From Pedobacter sp. (GTDB lineage: Bacteria > Bacteroidota > Bacteroidia > Sphingobacteriales > Sphingobacteriaceae): a DNA stretch of 64,000 nucleotides. Numbering within the stretch: the first letter of the stretch is position 1; every line of letters begins with the position of its first letter. This document shows positions 60,795 to 64,000 of this stretch, one piece after another. Position numbers and translations under genes: made by a program. The stretch spans positions 65,993-129,992 of the forward strand of contig JANXVH010000170.1 of the NCBI GenBank assembly GCA_025351765.1. The letters are read 5' to 3'. The notes beneath the pieces were generated by a model. The model was not told where the DNA came from. It saw only the letters and a program-made list of their open reading frames with translations, and did no database searches.

Positions 60795-62135
60795 ATGGGA
60801 TGTGGAAGTTGTTCTACAGGAGGCGGTTGCGCTCCATCGGGCTGCAAAAGTAATGGTTCTTGCCTTACTGGCGGCTGCGGGAAAATGGAAGTTTACGATT
60901 GGTTGTCCAACTTGGATATGCCATCTAATTATAAACCCTTTCCTGTTATAGAGGTTAAATTTAAAGGAGCCAGAAAAGAGTTCTTTCTCAATACAGATAA
61001 TATTTACCTAGAAATAGGAGAGCTTATTGCTGTTGAAGGACCCACTGGTGGCTATGATATAGGGCATGTTTCTTTAACTGGTGAACTGGTTAGAACACAA
61101 ATGAAACGCCGTAAAACGGCTATGGAACATGTTACCAGAAAGGTATATAGAAAAGCTACAGAAGCTGATGTAGAAAAATGGAAACTGGCCAAGGGTTTAG
61201 AATGGGAAACCATGCACAAGGCACGCACATTGGCGCTGGATCTGCGTCTTTCTATGAAGATTAGTGATGTTGATTATCAGGGAGATAAAACCAAAGCTAC
61301 GTTCTTTTATACAGCAGAAGGTCGCGTTGATTTTAGGGAACTGATTAAAAAAATGGCAGAAACATTCAGGATCAGGATCGAAATGAGACAGATTGGAATG
61401 CGGCAGGAAGCCGGAAGGTTAGGCGGAATAGGTTCTTGTGGCAGAGAGTTGTGCTGCTCTACTTGGTTAACCAATTTCAAAACCGTATCAACCGCTGCGG
61501 CACGGTATCAAAACTTATCTTTAAACACCTTAAAGTTAGCCGGGCAATGCGGTAAGCTTAAATGCTGTTTAAACTACGAGCTGGATACTTATTTAGATGC
61601 ATTGAAGGATATTCCGGATCGTATTGAAAGCCTGCAAACGGAAATTGGCGTTGCAAGACACCAGAAAACAGATATCTTTAAAAAGGTGATGTGGTTTGCT
61701 TACCCTAATACAGAAGATTGGATTCCTTTAAAAGTGGATAGGGTTAAGGAAATCATGGCCATGAATAAGAAGGGTCAGAAGCCGGTAAACTTGAAAGAAG
61801 AGGCCCTTCAATTAACGCCAGCGGCGGTAGTAGAGAAAGCACCTGATTACGAAAATGTGGTTGGGCAAGACAGCCTAACCCGTCTTGACGACAAACCAAG
61901 GAACAAGAATAACAGGAACAACAACAATAGAAATAAGCCGGCGCAAACAATTAAGCCACCACAACATGTTAGGAATCGTCCTGAACAAAGAAAGCTAGAG
62001 AATAACCCGCAGCCAAAGCCGGTTGGCGAAGTTTCTGGTGACGCTATTGTAACCACTCAGCCATCTCCGAACAAGAATAGGAACAGGAACAAAAACCGCA
62101 GAAATAAAAGTAAGGATACGCCTAAAGATGAATAA
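60795..62135 (+). CDS. ricT: PSP1/RicT (YaaT) family Fe-S regulatory protein
   Basis: RVDFRELIK, IEMRQIG, GSCGRELCC, GQCGKLKCCLNYE; follows holB. Confidence 0.88.
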   Translation: MGCGSCSTGGGCAPSGCKSNGSCLTGGCGKMEVYDWLSNLDMPSNYKPFPVIEVKFKGARKEFFLNTDNIYLEIGELIAVEGPTGGYDIGHVSLTGELVRTQMKRRKTAMEHVTRKVYRKATEADVEKWKLAKGLEWETMHKARTLALDLRLSMKISDVDYQGDKTKATFFYTAEGRVDFRELIKKMAETFRIRIEMRQIGMRQEAGRLGGIGSCGRELCCSTWLTNFKTVSTAAARYQNLSLNTLKLAGQCGKLKCCLNYELDTYLDALKDIPDRIESLQTEIGVARHQKTDIFKKVMWFAYPNTEDWIPLKVDRVKEIMAMNKKGQKPVNLKEEALQLTPAAVVEKAPDYENVVGQDSLTRLDDKPRNKNNRNNNNRNKPAQTIKPPQHVRNRPEQRKLENNPQPKPVGEVSGDAIVTTQPSPNKNRNRNKNRRNKSKDTPKDE

Positions 62136-62604
62136 TTTGAAAGTAGCGGTGTCACTTTCTGCTTTAATGATCTTATTTTTTTGCGGATGTGACACCAATA
62201 ATATCATAGACAGCAATGTTGCCATGCCTTCAAGAAATTGGAGTTACGCCAACAAAATTAGTGCTGTGGTAGAAGTAAAAGACCCGGCAAAGTTGTTTAA
62301 CATTTACCTTAAACTGCGCCATACGGCAAATTACCGGTATGCCAACCTATTTGTTTTACTTCACATTGACGGCGCCAGAGAAAAAAAACAAACGAAAAGG
62401 TATGAATACCGATTGGCGCTACAGGATGGGCAGTGGATAGGCTCAGGTTCTGGAAACTTATTTACATACACCCTTCCGCTACTTACCAACTACAAATTCC
62501 CGAAGGCAGGTAAATACCGGTTTGAAGTAGAGCAGAACATGCGCGACAATCCACTTCGGGAAGTTAGCGATGCTGGGATAAAAATATCACAACAAGGGGA
62601 GTAA
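62128..62604 (+). CDS. gldH: gliding motility lipoprotein GldH
   Basis: Lipobox Cys, LRHTANYRYANL, GQWIGSG, EQNMRDNPL; synteny after the PSP1 gene. Confidence 0.85.
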   Translation: MNNLKVAVSLSALMILFFCGCDTNNIIDSNVAMPSRNWSYANKISAVVEVKDPAKLFNIYLKLRHTANYRYANLFVLLHIDGAREKKQTKRYEYRLALQDGQWIGSGSGNLFTYTLPLLTNYKFPKAGKYRFEVEQNMRDNPLREVSDAGIKISQQGE

Positions 62605-63888
62605 TTGCTCTAAAGCCATTCCGCGTGATCCTTTTAAAAGAACCATGCTGTTTTTAACGGGCGATGCAGTTAGGTATGCCAATGCTTCTTTTGGGCTTGC
62701 AAAAAACAATCCTTTAATCTGTTCTTTATTGCTAAGAAAGTGATTGCCGATAAATATAAGGAGCTTGGCATTTAACGCTTCGGCTTGTTTGGCAATCAGC
62801 TGGTGTTGCGCTGCCGATTCTGGACCAAGCTCAAACATATCCCCAATAATAATTGCTTTGTTAGCAGCATCAAGTTGTTCAAGGTTGTTTAATGCAGCCG
62901 TCATACTACTTGGATTGGCGTTATAAAAATCACATATAACTGTATTATTAACTGTTTTGGTAATTTGAGACCGATTGTTGTTTGGAAGATAGCCCGCTAA
63001 TCCGCCGTTAATTTGTGTAGGACTGAGCTCAAAATACTGACCGATGCAAATAGCGGCCAATATGTTTTCGAAATTGTAGGTTCCCGTTAGGTTAGCTGAT
63101 ACTTGATATTCGCCTTCGCTATTTTTCCAGCGAAGCTTGATAAGCGGGTCAGTACTTATTAGCGCTCCTGATATGGGATCTTCTTTTTCGGAACCATAAT
63201 AAACTACCTTATTCAATGCCGCCGCCTTACTCATTTCAAGTAAGTATGGGTTGTTGCGGTAGATAAATGCAGTACCATGATTAACTTTTAGATAGGCGTA
63301 TAATTCGGCCTTGCCTTTTTTTACCCCCTCAAATCCACCAAATCCGTCGAGATGCGCCATCCCTACATTGCTGATAAGGCCGTGTGTTGGCTGGGCAATT
63401 GTGCATAGAAATTCAATTTCCCTCTGGTGGTTTGCGCCCATCTCAATAACAGCAATTTCTATTTCTGAGGTGATAGATAAAATAGAAATAGGGACGCCGA
63501 TGTGGTTATTTAGGTTCCCTTTTGTGGCGAAAGCCCGGTATTTCTCTGCAAGTATAGCATTGATCAGTTCTTTAGTAGTGGTTTTACCGTTGCTTCCAGT
63601 TAAACCGATTACGGGAATATTTAGTTGGCTGCGGTGATGTTTGGCCAATTCCTGCAAGGCGGTAAGCACGTCTGGAACAAGAATTAGTCTTGGGTCTGTT
63701 TCTATGTCGGGATTGTCTATAACAGCAAAAGCTGCCCCGGCTTCAACGGCCTTAACAGCAAATGTATTTGCATCAAAGTTCTCTCCCTTGAGGGCAAAGA
63801 AGAAGCATCCTGCTATAATGTTACGGGTATCAGTACATACTATAGGATGTTTTAAGTAAAGCTCGTATAAGGATTCGGTGCGCATCAT
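62587..63888 (-). CDS. murF: UDP-N-acetylmuramoyl-tripeptide--D-Ala-D-Ala ligase
   Basis: TDTR, GENFD, TGSNGKTTTK, NLNNHIG, EMGANH, DFYNANP, LKGSRG. Confidence 0.96.
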   Translation of the reverse strand: MMRTESLYELYLKHPIVCTDTRNIIAGCFFFALKGENFDANTFAVKAVEAGAAFAVIDNPDIETDPRLILVPDVLTALQELAKHHRSQLNIPVIGLTGSNGKTTTKELINAILAEKYRAFATKGNLNNHIGVPISILSITSEIEIAVIEMGANHQREIEFLCTIAQPTHGLISNVGMAHLDGFGGFEGVKKGKAELYAYLKVNHGTAFIYRNNPYLLEMSKAAALNKVVYYGSEKEDPISGALISTDPLIKLRWKNSEGEYQVSANLTGTYNFENILAAICIGQYFELSPTQINGGLAGYLPNNNRSQITKTVNNTVICDFYNANPSSMTAALNNLEQLDAANKAIIIGDMFELGPESAAQHQLIAKQAEALNAKLLIFIGNHFLSNKEQIKGLFFASPKEALAYLTASPVKNSMVLLKGSRGMALEQLLPLL

Positions 63889-64000
63889 AGAAAAATAGAA
63901 AAGATAGGGTAAAATTACATTATGTAACAGAAACACAAAATAATCTTTACTATTTTGGATTATAAATACCAACAATGAGATATTTTCGGTTTCAATTCCT

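Noticed and set aside
1..64000. Mobile elements, prophage, defence systems, tRNA and rRNA genes
   Set aside because: No integrase, transposase, phage or nuclease-defence ORFs recognised, and no spacer shows tRNA or rRNA signatures by eye

Overview
Gene-dense core-chromosome segment from a Bacteroidota genome, most likely Sphingobacteriaceae (Pedobacter-like). This is inferred from gene order, TAnnTTTG -7 promoters, gldH and the DUF families present. It holds about 60 mostly housekeeping CDSs (mnmG, nadB/nadA, thiL, mfd, ftsH, pfkA, rpsP-rimM-trmD-rplS, htpG, ffh, holB, murF). I saw no rRNA, tRNA, CRISPR array, prophage or transposase. The most notable signals are non-coding or degenerate: (i) two parS sites that together form one perfect 18-bp inverted repeat in front of mnmG; (ii) a candidate oriC between divergent nadB and nadA, with no dnaA or parAB in the window; (iii) sigma54-spaced GG-N10-GA promoter motifs in front of htpG (next to a TGTCA-N3-TGACA palindrome) and a YugP-like protease; (iv) a ~120-bp hairpin built from 11-mer repeats between ruvX and holB; (v) an oligopeptidase B pseudogene with a large internal deletion; (vi) many near-leaderless promoters and convergent genes with overlapping 3' ends. 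All product calls come from motif recognition by eye, not from database searches.
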